Part shown: one piece after another, positions 39,085-51,900 of the stretch
How positions within the stretch are numbered: position 1 is the first letter of the stretch
How the letters are laid out: each line of letters starts with the position of its first letter
Source: Lama glama
Taxonomy: Eukaryota
Length of the DNA stretch: 64,000 nucleotides
Direction of reading: 5' to 3'
Assembly (NCBI GenBank): GCA_028534125.1
Contig: CM052818.1
Coordinates: 10,728,001 to 10,792,000, forward strand
Made by a program: the position numbers and the translations under genes
The notes under the pieces: generated by a model
Database searches by the model: none
What the model was told of the DNA's origin: nothing
Seen by the model: the letters and a program-made list of their open reading frames with translations, nothing else

Positions 39085-39372
39085 TCTGTACCATCCATTA
39101 CAATAACCACTGGCCACATGTGGCTATTGAGCTCTTGAAATGTAGCTAATCTTGTTGAGAAAAACTGTAAATATAAAATATATACCAGATATTGAAGGCA
39201 ATACAAAAAATAAAATATCTCAATAATTTATATAGAATATCAGAACAATAATTTGGAGATATTGGATTAAATAAAATATAATAAAATCAATTTCACATTT
39301 TTTTTAATGTGGCTACTATAAAATTTAAAATTATATATGTGGCTCACATTTTATTTCTATTGGACAGTGCTG
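39085..39372 (-). mobile_element. MER33 hAT-Charlie element
   Basis: 'ccactggccacatgtggctattgagctcttgaaatgtagct' through 'atatgtggctcacattttatttctattggacagtgctg'. Confidence 0.85.
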
Positions 39373-39744
39373 AACAAGGTTGACACAGGGTAATATTTAA
39401 GTAATTGGTTTAAAAGACTTTGGTATTAGGCAGTTGACTTTGTTCTATATAGCATGCTGGCAGTTCATTTTAAATGGAATCCTATTTTCAGTGTGCCTGG
39501 AGATCTTGCTGGTTAAAGTAACCCTATGGTGAGAACTGCCATCTTATGAGTAATTACTCCCTAATACACCTGATAAATAGGTTTAGGTTTTAATAGGGTT
39601 TTCCTAAAGCAAAGTCCACCAGTTTTATCATATGCTTTCCAGTATAACCATTATTTATCTTTGCGTGAGGTATCTCTGGCCTTTTCATGAGATACATTTT
39701 CTTGTTTATTCATCTTTCACAATCATCCCTTTTTAGAGGGAAAG

Positions 39745-39915
39745 TGCAGTTTAGTTGAATGTGCTTTGACTCTGAAGGCAGACAGCCTGGGCTCAGCACC
39801 AATAATCACTAATGACCTTTGGCACATCCAACTCTCTTTTAAGTTTCCTCGTCTGTGAAATGGAACAATAACTCAGCTCACAGTGGAGTAATGAACATTC
39901 TATGAGATGGTTGCT
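39745..39915 (+). mobile_element. MIR SINE
   Basis: 'gactctgaaggcagacagcctgggctc', 'agtttcctcgtctgtgaaatggaacaata'. Confidence 0.7.
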
Positions 39916-42900
39916 CCACTGGGCATGTGGACTCAGTGAAGAGAGTCCCTACTCACTTCTCATTTTATAAGTGCCTGGGGGCCAAGTTTCTAAGACACTG
40001 AGTCTGTATTGCTGGTCATTGATTTTTTTTTTTCCAGGAGAAGGCCATTATTACAAGCACTGTGTACTTGTTTGAAGCATGGATAAGCTCATGACACTTA
40101 TGAAGGGAATCACAAGTTCTTGGCCTCTGTGTCTTTGTCTTTGTGATTCTCTCCGTCCAAATTACCCTCCTTTTCCCATCATTGCCTTTTCCTATTGTCT
40201 TGTCCATCTTTCACTGTCCAGATGTAGTGCCACTTCTTTCATCACGCCTTCTTTCACTACTCCAGACAGCACTAATTTATCAACTTTATACATTTTATTG
40301 CTAATACAAGCCAGTTTAAATCAAGCACCAAATATTTATTTGGTGTTTTAAATTCCAGTGCTTACTGTCAAGTGATTTCAAGCCTGTTGATTTGATTTCA
40401 ATCTGCTGAACTGTAGGTGTTTTGAAGGCAGTGACCACACTTTATATCCATTTCACAACTTCCATACATCTTGCTCAAAAAATACTTACTGATTGATTAA
40501 TTGATTGATTGTCTAGGGCTTGACTAATAGAAAATACTTTAATGCAAGATTAATTATTCATGATAGGATATGACCCAGCAAGGAAAAAAAAAACATATGC
40601 CATCTTTACAGATATCTGTGGTAAATAATTAGTACATGTCAAAATTTAAGATTATCATCATGTAGAATCTCTATCTTATTTAACTGCTGAGTTCTAGGAG
40701 ATACCTGAATTAGGAAAAGATGACCTAAATAAGTTTCTGATTCTAGATTCTTTATATCTATATATCTCTGTATATACTCTAGACCCTTTGAGATAGATAC
40801 ACATATATGTAAATATACATGTGTAGATAGATGTGTAGATAAGATCTATAAGATGCCCAGTTTCTACTTGTACTCTTTCTCAATAAGGCAGTGGGACATT
40901 TGTGCTTTCAAGTGAGCTTGGAGATACTGAATACGACATTCATGTCATTAAAAATAGTTAGCTGTTCTTGGCTACATTCACAAAGAAGTCCCCTAATGCT
41001 TTCTTTAATTGGCAGGATCCACACGTGGTATCTGTTTTACAAATATGCCCTGCATATTTGAGTGGCTGGAGTTGTGTATGTGTCTGTGTACGTTCTCTGT
41101 GGGTGACACTACATCCTAATCAGACAATTGGTGCACTGTACTAGGACATACTGTATGCAGACAATGCCTTGCCTACCACTCTCCTCTTCTTTTTTTTAAA
41201 CCCTGAAATATGGTTGATATGGTCCATTGCAAAATGAACCTATATTGGAAATGGCAAAATTGTAATGTAAAATATACCGGGGTCAGTGGGGTGTGCTGTT
41301 TTTTGCATATATTTTTTCTCCCCTGACCCATGCCATTCCCCTGCATACAGGAAAAAAAGCTTCATCTCACATAGAAATGTGATGTCCTTTACTGCCAGAG
41401 GCTGTTGCTGTTTTAAATGAGGAAAAAGCACAATGCATGAAGAAGGAAAATTAAAGCATATTCATTTTGGAAATTAGATATGGTGTCAGGAGACTCTCAG
41501 AAAATAGCCCCGTTTGAATGGAACCCCACACTACAAGACAGTTCACTGAACTTTTGACCACTATTTATGCTACGGAAGCTTTTGAAATAGGGAAGAGAGC
41601 AAAACATTTTATAGCTGCTTAATAGCTGAGTTCATTTTTCTTTCTTTCTTTTTTTCCCACCAGGCATTTGTTTCTCCCTTCGGTGTATATAAGATATGCA
41701 AACACCATGTAGTTTATTGGCAGGCCTTTGTGTTAATGTTTCCAGGTTGGTTCCAAAACACACAGCTACTGGATGAGAGACTTTCCCAGCCAACTCGGTG
41801 ACCTTCCTTACCCTCCCCGGCACAGTCTGCTGTCTGCCTGTGGCTGGTCTGGAATGGCCAGCCCCAGCTGGGGTCACATACACACTCCCAGGGCCTTGGG
41901 AGTGACAGTGACCTCTTTAGAGGTCATTCTGCAAATACAGAGAGAGAATATACCTTTCAGAATTCCCAGGGGTTCCTTATGCAAAATTGGACAGGGATTG
42001 GGGAGATGATGGAAAATCACTTTGTCTAATCTCTCCTTTCTATTATTTGGAAGAACAGTTCTCAATTTGTGATCATCCCTGTTCTGCTTCATTGCTTCCC
42101 TCCTGCAGAACACATCACACCAGCCAGGTTAAGTGGGATTCAAGGGCCCTCCAGGAAGGACAGCCTAGATTTTTGATTCAACACTGAATATGGAAGCACC
42201 TGCAAAAATGAGGTAAGGGAAGGGTTAATCATGAGTGGAGGGTGGGGTCAATTAGAGGTAGAAAAAGAAATCCAATTTGTATTGGTATTAATGAAAAATA
42301 TGCTTTAACTTTTATGCAGATATGAAGCATGGAGCTAAATATTACAAATTACAGGTTGTGAGTCTATGTCAGCTTTATTATTGTTATTACTATTAATGCA
42401 ATGATATTAAACCTAAGGGGTCACTGTGTTTGTTTAATTTATTTTCTGAGAAAGCTTAGCATTTCATTTCCAAGTGAGGACCTTTTATTTGGCCTCTTGG
42501 TGACTTGCCCACACTGGCACACATTGGGCCCCGCCTCTCTCGGGATCTGTGAGCTCTTAAGCGTTCTCTCCTTTTGATCATTACCAGGCGCATTCTCACA
42601 GCTTTAGCCTGGCTCAACTCTGCAGTCAACCATGGATCTCACTTCCATTAGGAGGTGATGCAGTGCCGAGGTTTTAATGGTGGCTTGAGGTGGTGTGAGG
42701 ACAGGGGATGCTGAAAAAAGGCTTGATAATAATGGAATCACTCTGTGCCACAAAATGCCAAAATGTATCTCAATACTGACCTTCTGTGTGTGTCCTTGGT
42801 TTGGGAAATAGGTACAGTCTGTCCCCATATATGACTGTGAGCTCTTTACAGACTCATATTAGGACAAACTTCAATAGCAATAGGGACACATTACTGTTTT

Positions 42901-42930
42901 CTTCTGCCTTGTGCTCTATGATTTTTAGCT

Positions 42931-43010
42931 TGGAGAGTGAGAGAGAGCGCACATGCACACACGTGCATATGCACACAGACAGACAGACACAAACACACAC
43001 ACATGCGTGC
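42931..43010. repeat. (GA)n and degenerate (CA)n
   Basis: Direct reading. Confidence 0.8.
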
Positions 43011-44294
43011 ATCACTCCCCTCCCCCACCCCCAGCATTATTCATTAGGAGAGGATTTTTTTCCTTCTTTGGATGGGAAACTTCTCTTATTAGCCAGTAAC
43101 AACCCTTCTGTTCATCCTTATGTCAGACCTTCACAACTGCACTAATATGATCTCTGACAATTGGAAAGGAGCTAGGAGAGTGTTCTAAGGGCCACTCTGA
43201 AGTCGGGAGATAGCCCAGGGTCTTCCCAGGACAAGAACTCCTCCAGACTGTCTACTTTCTGCCAGGAATGGGAGGCTGAGATCTGTGTGCTGACCTCAGG
43301 CCACAGGCTGAGAAACCTGAGAAGTGCTTTAATCAAAATCTTCTTGGCCTCAGAAGCTCCCCCCTTTGTTTCCTGTTCTCCCTGAGGCTTCTTGGCACTG
43401 CTAGTAGCCATGTTGCTTTTGCTCTGGTTTTGTGAGAGGAAAGTCCCAGGGAGCCCTGTGGGACTGCTGTATGCTCTGTGCCCAACCTGCCCACCCACTT
43501 CCAGTCTACAGCACAACGACTGGAACTGAGATAGGACGAGGGAATGCAGAGCGGGTGAGGTCAGGCTGGCCACGTTAGCTGCTGGCAAAAAAGCCAGGCA
43601 CCAGAAATGGTGACAGCAGGTAAGTACTTAACAGTTTAGAACTGGACGTGGGGGATGTAAGGGATCAGGTTTGGAAAATTCTCAAGCCCTCCCAGGCTGC
43701 TGACCCTCCCCTCCCTACCTCTGAGGACTCAAAAGCCCTACATTTGTCTGCCACCCCTGCCTTGGCAGTGGATTATCGCTACAGTTGTCACACCATTTGT
43801 GGTGGCCTGTAGTTCTCCTGCCATTGTGATGGGGACTGGGCATTTTACATGATGGAGAAAAGGCAATGATCAAATCCAGCAATATTAGCCATAGTGATTT
43901 TTTTTTTCTGTCTTTTTAAGCCTGTGGAAGAGAATGAGGAGACAGGTCTGGGCAGGATTTCTGCTTTGCTTAATTACAAATGGACATATTATAGCAAATA
44001 TTAATGATTTCATTAGTTTAGAAATTTTAAGTCTGACTCAAGTCTGAGTATCATATTATGATGACCAGCCTTTGAATGAAAATTAATCTCAAAAGAAAAA
44101 AATCCCATCAGGTGCAATGTTGGTAAAATGAACTCATTGCATATTGGGCTTATGATGGTCAGGTGTTTTCTGGATCACAAGGGATTTTGGTTGTTCCGGA
44201 ATGTTTCTGTCATACTTACGTTAGTCTATGAAGTATACAAATTAAAAAAAAACAGCCATTTCTTTTTTGTCAACTTTTTTATTGTTAAACAAAA

Positions 44295-45259
44295 TTTTTT
44301 TGTTGAGGTGTAGTTGATTTACAATGTTAGTTTCAGGTGTACAGCAAAGTGACTCAGTTACACATATATATACATATATTTTTTCTTTTCAGATTCCTTT
44401 CCATTATAAATTATTACAAGAAATTGAATATAATTCCCTGTGTTGTACAGTAGGGCCTTGATATTTATCTACTTTATATATAGTAATGTGTGCCTGTTAT
44501 CCCTGACTCTCATTTATCCCCCTCAACCCTTTCCCCTTTGGTAACCATAGTTTGTTTTCTATGTCTGTGAATCTGATTTTGGTTTGTGAATAGAATTTGT
44601 ATCATTTTTTAAAGATTCCATGTATGAGTGATGTCATACGATATTTGTCTTTCTCTAACTTACTTCACTCAGTATGATAATCTCTAGGTCCATCCATGTT
44701 GCTGCAAATGGCATTATTTCATTCTTTTTAAAGCTGAGTAATATGCCGTTGTGTGTGTGTGTGCGTGTGTGTGTGTGTGTGTGTATAAAAAATATATTAC
44801 CACATTTTCTTTATCCAGTATTCTGTTGATGGATGTTTAGGTTCTTTCCATGTGTTGGTTATTCTAAACAGTACTGCTGTGAACAATGGGGTGCATGTGT
44901 GTTTTTGAATTATGGTTTTCTCCAGATAAATGCCTGGGAGTGGGATTGCTAGATCATAGGATAAGTCTGTTTTCGGTTTTTTTAAGGAACCTCCATACTG
45001 TTTTCCTTAATGGCTGCACCAAACTACATTCCCACGAACAGTGTAGGAGGGTTCCCTTTTCACCATACCCTCTCCAGCATTTATTATTTGTAGACTTTTG
45101 AATGATGGCCATTGTGACTGGTGTGAGGTGGTACCTCATTGTGGTTTTGATTTGCATTTCTCTAATAATTAGTGATATTGAGCATCTTTTCACATGTCTA
45201 TTGGCCATCAAAAAATGGGCAGAAGACCTAAATAGACATTTCTCCAAAGAAGACATCCA
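44295..45259 (-). mobile_element. Younger 5'-truncated L1 (cetartiodactyl-type 3'UTR) with a 50-bp 5' inversion at 45210-45259
   Basis: ORF 44954-45292 contains the ORF2 C-terminal '[30 protein letters not shown]...[35 protein letters not shown]'; 3'UTR 'tagttgatttacaatgttagtttcaggtgtacagcaaagtga'; (TG)n at about 44750-44784. Confidence 0.93.
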
Positions 45260-45304
45260 TATGTAAAATTGGATTTTGGATAAAGGTTTCATGATATAGT
45301 AGAC

Positions 45305-45510
45305 TAGTGAGGCAACTTGATGGAATCAAGAGGGGGCAAACTTGGGTTAAAACTCCAGCTCTGCCACTTAGCTGATTTCAGGGCCTTGGACAGGTCACAC
45401 TCTCCTGACTCTTCCAGTCACAGTGATCTCATAAATAAAATTGGATAGTAATCTCTACCATGCAGCATTGTTGTGAGGACTGAGAATAGTTCTTGCATAA
45501 TATTTACTCA
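45305..45510 (+). mobile_element. MIR SINE
   Basis: 'ttgggttaaaactccagctctgccacttagctg...ccttggacaggtcac', 'ttgttgtgaggactga'. Confidence 0.75.
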
Positions 45511-45559
45511 ATGAAAGATAGATTTATTATTATTATTATTATCACTGCAGTAAGAGATC

Positions 45560-45715
45560 TTAGAGCAGGAAGATGTCTTTAAGATCTATTAGTTCACTCC
45601 TACCCCATCTCACAGAAAAAGAAACTTAAGTTTAAGAGACGTTAAGCAACTTGCTAAGCAGCATGCAAAATAGTTTCAGATCTTGGTGTGGTCCACATTC
45701 TCTTGATGCCCAGAC
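45560..45715 (-). mobile_element. MIR SINE fragment
   Basis: 'cagaaaaagaaacttaagtttaagagacgttaagcaacttgctaagc'. Confidence 0.6.
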
Positions 45716-45723
45716 TAGGAGAC

Positions 45724-46065
45724 TGTCTAAGTCCATGGAGGCTGCTACACCAAAAATTAGACAGCAGACATTTATTTCTCATAGTTCTGGAGACTGGAAG
45801 TTCAAGATCAAGGTGCTGGCAGATTTGGTGTCTGGTGATAGTCTTCTCCTAAGTCATAAACAGCTGACCTCCATTTACATCCTCACATAGCAGAAGTGCA
45901 GGGAGCTCTCTGGGGTCTCTTTAATAAGGGCACTAATCCCAGCATGAGGGCTTCATCCACATGACCTAATCACTTCCCAAGGGCCACACTTCCATACACC
46001 ATTACAATGGGGATTAGGTTTCAACATATGAATTTTGGGAGGACACAAACATTTAGTCCATAGCA
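45724..46065 (-). mobile_element. MLT1A0-like MaLR solo LTR
   Basis: TG...CA ends; 'tttatttctcatagttctggagactggaagttcaagatcaaggtgctggcagatttggtgtctggtga', 'gggattaggtttcaacatatgaattttggga'. Confidence 0.9.
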
Positions 46066-46440
46066 AGGACTTACATCTTCCTTATCATTTCTCAGGTCGA
46101 CCCTTTCAGGTTATTGAAGATGAGTGCTAAATAAGAGTTTTTCTGAAGTGTTTTAATTTTTTTTTCTCTTTTTCCCATTGGGTTTTTATAATAAATTCTT
46201 TCAGGTTTTCAATCTTTCATGTCACTTGTTTCTCTGATGTCACTGTCCTTATTGGTTTAGCCTTCTGATTCCCTTCAGCTGGAATACTTTATTACATTTT
46301 TGTCCACTAATTCTCTCCTGGCTCAACCTTGTTTTTCCCAAAGAGAGTAGAGGAGTGGAGTACATAAGCAAAGGGACCATATGACACTTTTTATATAACC
46401 TTGTGGTTCCCAGATTTTTGCTTTCACTGATTAGTAAAAA

Positions 46441-46530
46441 CTTTTCTTTCTTCCTTTTTCCCTCCCTCCCTTCCCTCCCTTCTTTCCTTCCTTTCTTCCC
46501 TCTTCCCTCTTTTCTATTTTCTTCTTTTTA
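46441..46530. repeat. CT-rich low-complexity tract
   Basis: Direct reading. Confidence 0.85.
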
Positions 46531-46976
46531 ATAAGGGATGGGTCCAACTTTGTCAACATTTTGATTTGCCAAGAGCTTTAAAAAAGGCTCCTTTTACCTA
46601 TTGACATCACTTCATAAATATAAAAGGCCCATGAATACTATTAAAAATAGACGTAACATAATATTAGACTTAAAGAGAGCTTGTCCCAGGGGAAAAAATA
46701 TCAGTGGAAAGAAATGGGCATTGTCTGTGTAGACTACTTAAAATTTTGTCGCAGACCAACAGAGGCCCATAAATGGGTAAATAAGAGCTATTAGTCTAAG
46801 GGATAGGAGTTGGTTTGCGATGTAAATTGGATGCCCTTAACCCTTCAGGAGTCAGAATAGGGACAGCAGTTCTGAAATGACTTCACAGGGCTGCTGTGAG
46901 GATCAAATAAAATGACGTGGGAAATGCTGTTATATTGGGTTATATTATCACATCAGTAAGCATTATAGACCACATG

Positions 46977-47008
<32 letters not shown>

Positions 47009-47025
47009 CATATATAGGTATATAA
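46977..47025. repeat. (TA)n microsatellite
   Basis: Direct reading. Confidence 0.9.
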
Positions 47026-48619
47026 TTTATCTATCACCTGTCTAATTATATATAACAGTATATGAGAGCTCTGTAAGACAATCATATCTTGGCACTGGGG
47101 CAAACAGTGGAAGTGACAATAATCCTGGCTTCCAGTCATAGAGAACACTAAAGACTTTGAGAATAGGGAGGAAGAAATTATTGTGGCCCTTTCCCGACAA
47201 AGTTCACGTGAATGCTGCCACCATCCCACCATCGGCACTGACTCCACTCTGGAAGTACATGGCTCAGATCTTGGACATAGGTTCACAAAGAACTTTTGAC
47301 TGATTGATTGTCTAAAATAAATAGGTTAGCTCCCCAGAATGGGATCTTGCTGGCAAGGCAGTGATTCTAGAAACTAAGTGATATGGACCTGTGTAGAATG
47401 ATTAAAAAGAGGAGGGAAAAGAAAAAAAAAAAACTATCTCTCTCTCATTGTTACCATATGCCTGGGCCCTGAGCAAGCTCTGAGCCGTGTTCTTCCCTAG
47501 CCACGGGTGGCTGAATATGTGCTGATCTTGGGAGCACACGTTTCAGACCAACTGCAGCTGGGTGAGCATCACGCTGAGCCCTTACTGGCAGATGGGAAAA
47601 CTAAGTTCATAGAAATGTGCCCAGTAATGCATGGCAGATAACTGGTAGGGTCACAGTTTAGAACAAATCTGTCTGGCCCAAACCCATTTCTTTCAGTAAG
47701 CACACAATCATACTTGTATGAAAGTTACATGCTTTAATGACTGGAATGAGTCATTATAATACAGGATAATACAGACGTAATGGACTTCTGTTTTTTTGTC
47801 TTCCGCCAAATGACTTGCCTTTCATCGTTCCCTTGACTAGTTCTCTAATTCTAGTCACAGTTGACTTGCTTTTTCTGAGGTCCTGGGACAGACACTAATT
47901 TGGGGGACAATTAGTTCAGGTGTTGTGTGGGGCCCAGGTAACCTGTGCTTTCTCAGATACCAAACAAGTCAGGCTACCCAATTATTTCTGAGAGCAATTA
48001 CTGTGTTTTCACTCTAGTCTGTTTCTCCTCTTTGGCCCGTTGTTTACATCAGAGAGGCTCACAGAATGAATCCAAGGTGCAGTCTGACATTGCAGTGAGA
48101 TTGCCAGTAGAAATCAGTGACTTGTCCTACGACAAGCTAGGGTTTATGAGGCTCTTTGCCTACTTCGTTGTACTGCCGTTCAAGCGGATTATACAATTTT
48201 CCCGTTATGAAGGCGGGGGTGGGTGTAGTCAGGGCGAAAGAATGTCTAATTGAGTTTAAGAAAGCTGAAAGTGGTAGCACAGAAGCCTTATAGATGAAAG
48301 AATATTACAAACAGGGTATTTCAATAAGAGTAGGCTGGGTTGTCTGTTAAGGTTGCTATTTACGTCTACATTTATTAACCTTAGAAGAAGTATAGGCAGA
48401 GCAGGTAGAGGTCAAAGAACTCACCTTTTCAGCAGTAAGAGCCCAGATCTCAGTGGAATTGAAAAGGAGTTGTATTCGATGCAGTGAAATATCATTTTAT
48501 CCACTTTGTACTTATGAGAACTTCTGCTTATTTGTGTAAAGTGGCTGAAAAATACACCCTTCTCTAAACAAAGTGGAAAAGCCATAGTGGAGTCACAGAA
48601 GATACATGTAGTTCTAGTG

Positions 48620-48930
48620 CTGTGCTGTCCAGTACAGGAGCCACCAGCCACATGTGCCTACTGCTCTCTTGAAATGTGTTGTTTGAAATGGGATGTGCTT
48701 TAATTGTAAAATACAGACCAGTTCTCAAAGACCGGGTACAAAGAAAATAATGCAGAAATCTCACTGATAGTTTTTATATTGCTTACATGTTGAAATGATA
48801 TTATTTTGGATATATTGGGTTAAATAAAACATTAAATTAATTTCACCTGTTTCTTTGTACTTTTAAAAATGTAGCTACTGTGTAAAATTAAACACATGGC
48901 TTGCCTTATATTTTCACTGGTAACAGTGGT
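48620..48930 (-). mobile_element. MER33 hAT-Charlie element (second copy)
   Basis: 'ctgtgctgtccagtacaggagccaccagccacatgtg', 'acatgttgaaatgatattattttggatatattgggttaaataaaa', 'aatttcacctgtttcttt'. Confidence 0.88.
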
Positions 48931-51900
48931 CTAATGCAATGCCTAAATAATGTCATCTGAGAGTCAAATTTCAATAATTTGTCCTTATTTAAATTAGAAT
49001 GTCAATATGCATTCAGTTCGTGTGGGATATAGATTTGCATCCACGAGTGCAATGTGTCTACACACATCCATATTCATGCAAGTGTGAAGAATCCTATCAC
49101 CTTTGGAATGAGAGAAATCGTCCCAATAAATCTGAAGTTGTTGTTTTAGCACGTAGAAATGATATTTTTTCTTCCCTACATCCCTTTGTTTTAATAAAAC
49201 CCCCAGCCCCAAAGAGCATGATTCGGAATAAGCTACTGGAACAATTTATTATTTCCTCTCTATGGATTAGAGAGGTGGTACTTGGAGCAGCTTGTTAAAG
49301 AGAAGAGCTTGGCCCTTGCCCTTGCTCTGTGTTTAATGATCCTCTCTTCTTGTGCCACCTCTCTAATCTGCAGAGATAGGTACAAATTGTATCTATAATG
49401 TTATATTATTTAACAGTATAATGTATGATAAATCATAGAATTGCATCCCTACCTTGTAATTGGTGAGATGTGTTGCATGAGAGATCCCCTAGTTCAATAC
49501 AGAGTGGTTGCTCTAACACATAACTGCCTCTCTGGATCAAACCAATTCAGCCTGTAAATGATGAGGGGAGAGTTAAAGCTTTTTTAATTTAAAAAAAAGC
49601 AAAAATATGGCTTAAAAGGGCTTTATATGTCCCTGGATTTGAACAACTGCTTAATAATCCTCTGTTTGAACGGATCCTCTTTTTTACCTTATTCTGTCGG
49701 CAGCGGGGATGGAACCATCTGCAGGAAATCAGTACCTGAGAGGACAGACATTTGGTAAATTCATGTTCTCATCTATGGTAATCATCACTTTTAATTTGTT
49801 CCTGTAAGCCAGGTGTGTTTATCATTTTTGAAAATTATTGTCTTCCTACTCTTTCCTACACACATATGTTTTATTCTCAACACTTTTTGTTTTTGTTTTA
49901 CCTGTATGGCCCACTCTAATTCTTCAGAGTTCTTGTATCATATTTTGTTTTTTTTCTTCTTGTTTCCTTAAACTTCAGGGCTTATTTTATTTTCTAGCTC
50001 TGCCTATTTTTTTGTCCTTTTCCCCTGATTCTCATCCTTAACTTCCCAGTTGTTAATGGCAAAGCAATCGGCATCAGGGCATCTATCACCACAGAAAGAT
50101 GGAGTACTGGTGATTGCATCTCCATTCCTCAGAATGCACGGAGGTTTTAGTATAAGTACACATCCATATAGAAATAAGTAGGGACAGTGACATCTAGATC
50201 AAGGTTATAAATAGTCACACCTGTTCTTAGCCACCTGAAAATCTCCAACCAACATTGCATATAATTTGATCATGGACTGTTCAGCAATTAGTTATGAAGA
50301 CAACTGAAATAAAATTTGACAGGCAAGTTTAATTAAATCTGTTACAATTGTTATGACTTTTACAAATTAGACTGTTCCAGCTGGATAAGGCCATAGGCGT
50401 GGCTAATCTTTCAGGAAGAGCTAAGGAAACTTGGATGCAATAACTAGTACCTGGCTCACGGCTGCCTTGAAGGAGATCAGGGTCTAGAATGAGTTCCCTC
50501 AGTCATCCTTCTTTCCATTCAGTTGGAGTCAATCTCAGAAAGCCTCTCTTTAGGAGTTGATTCTATGACTCGTTTGGGGCTGAAAAATACCCAATAAACG
50601 TTGTCACATCCTAGCCACTCACTCTTTTTCTATTTATCATTAAGCAAATGAATGAGATTCCATGACCTGATTTTTCATTTAAAATTTTTTATATGCATTT
50701 TCTTAAGAAAGATAAAACAGATTGTGTGGTCTTACCTTAGTTTGATCACTTTTCAAGTCTGACTTTCTGAAAAGAGTAGAAGGGCAGCTTTTTTGACATA
50801 AGACATTGATTCTGTCCAAACAGACATAGGAATATTACCAAAATTGCAGTCTAGCACAGCCTACTTGAAAAAGGGTTGAGTTTAGAGGTGGGGTTGCCTT
50901 ATGGTTTTCAATTATATCTGCATTGCTTTTCCTGAACTCTACTGTTTCACATCTTAATAAAGAGAAACAATTCATTTGGTAAATAATCTATAATACAATT
51001 TCTAGAGATTACCCTGTCATTTCTCAGCTGCCAGATATATTTTATTTTTACTCTGTGTGTAACTAAGGAAAACAAGGTTGCAAAATGATGCCAGCTTATT
51101 CTTTTCAGCTATAAGGTGTCAATAGCCCTTGATTTTGTTGTTTTCGTCACGAAATTTCTGCAAGTTCACAAAAAGGTGTTGTAAAAACAAATTGCTTTAA
51201 AACATCCTGTCATATTCATCCAGTATTCTTATGAAATATAAGAATATATTTGCCATAGTTTTTGAAATCACTTTTAATCACGAATATTCAGGCCCATAGA
51301 AAAGGCTACTTAGAGTCTATTTTTTTATTTTCCCCTCAGTTTTTTTCTCTTCATTGTGTTTTCATGCTGACATTTTTACTATAAAGTCGCATTTTCATCT
51401 AGGACAATGGCATCTTGTTCTTAAAACAAACAAACATGAGACAATTTGTTTTGAAAATATGTGGGTTGATGACAAAGTCATCAGAATTTCAGAGAAATGT
51501 CTGCACGAGTGTCAGGAGAGCCAGTCCTTGTGTGTTTCTTATATGAAAATGGAATTTGGTGCCTTGTGTGCTGACAGCTTCCACATGGTGTAGAAGTTTC
51601 TTTGTTTTTGCTGGTCATTGCTTTCCTCTTTCACTGTAAGCCCACTTGATGGTTTTGGAAGATCAATTCTACTTTTCAGTGGATGTGTCTCTTAACCTTT
51701 TCCCTAGAAGCTGAAACAGCACATAAGTGAGTCCCTCAGAAATGGGAACTCTAAGATGAATGGCAAGGAAGCAAAGGGTTATATTATAATTCACCTCAAA
51801 AAGAACATTTTTCACTAATCAGTACTCATATCATACATTTGTAAAAATGACTGCCTGACAGGTTAAAAATCTATTTTTTTTTGACAGCATACATTTAGTC

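Noticed and set aside
44954..45292. 112-aa ORF as a novel gene
   Set aside because: Chimera of flank, inverted L1 arm and L1 ORF2 C-terminus created by the inversion
45305..45715. Oppositely oriented MIR pair as a dsRNA substrate
   Set aside because: Copies look too diverged and overlap too little to form a long duplex
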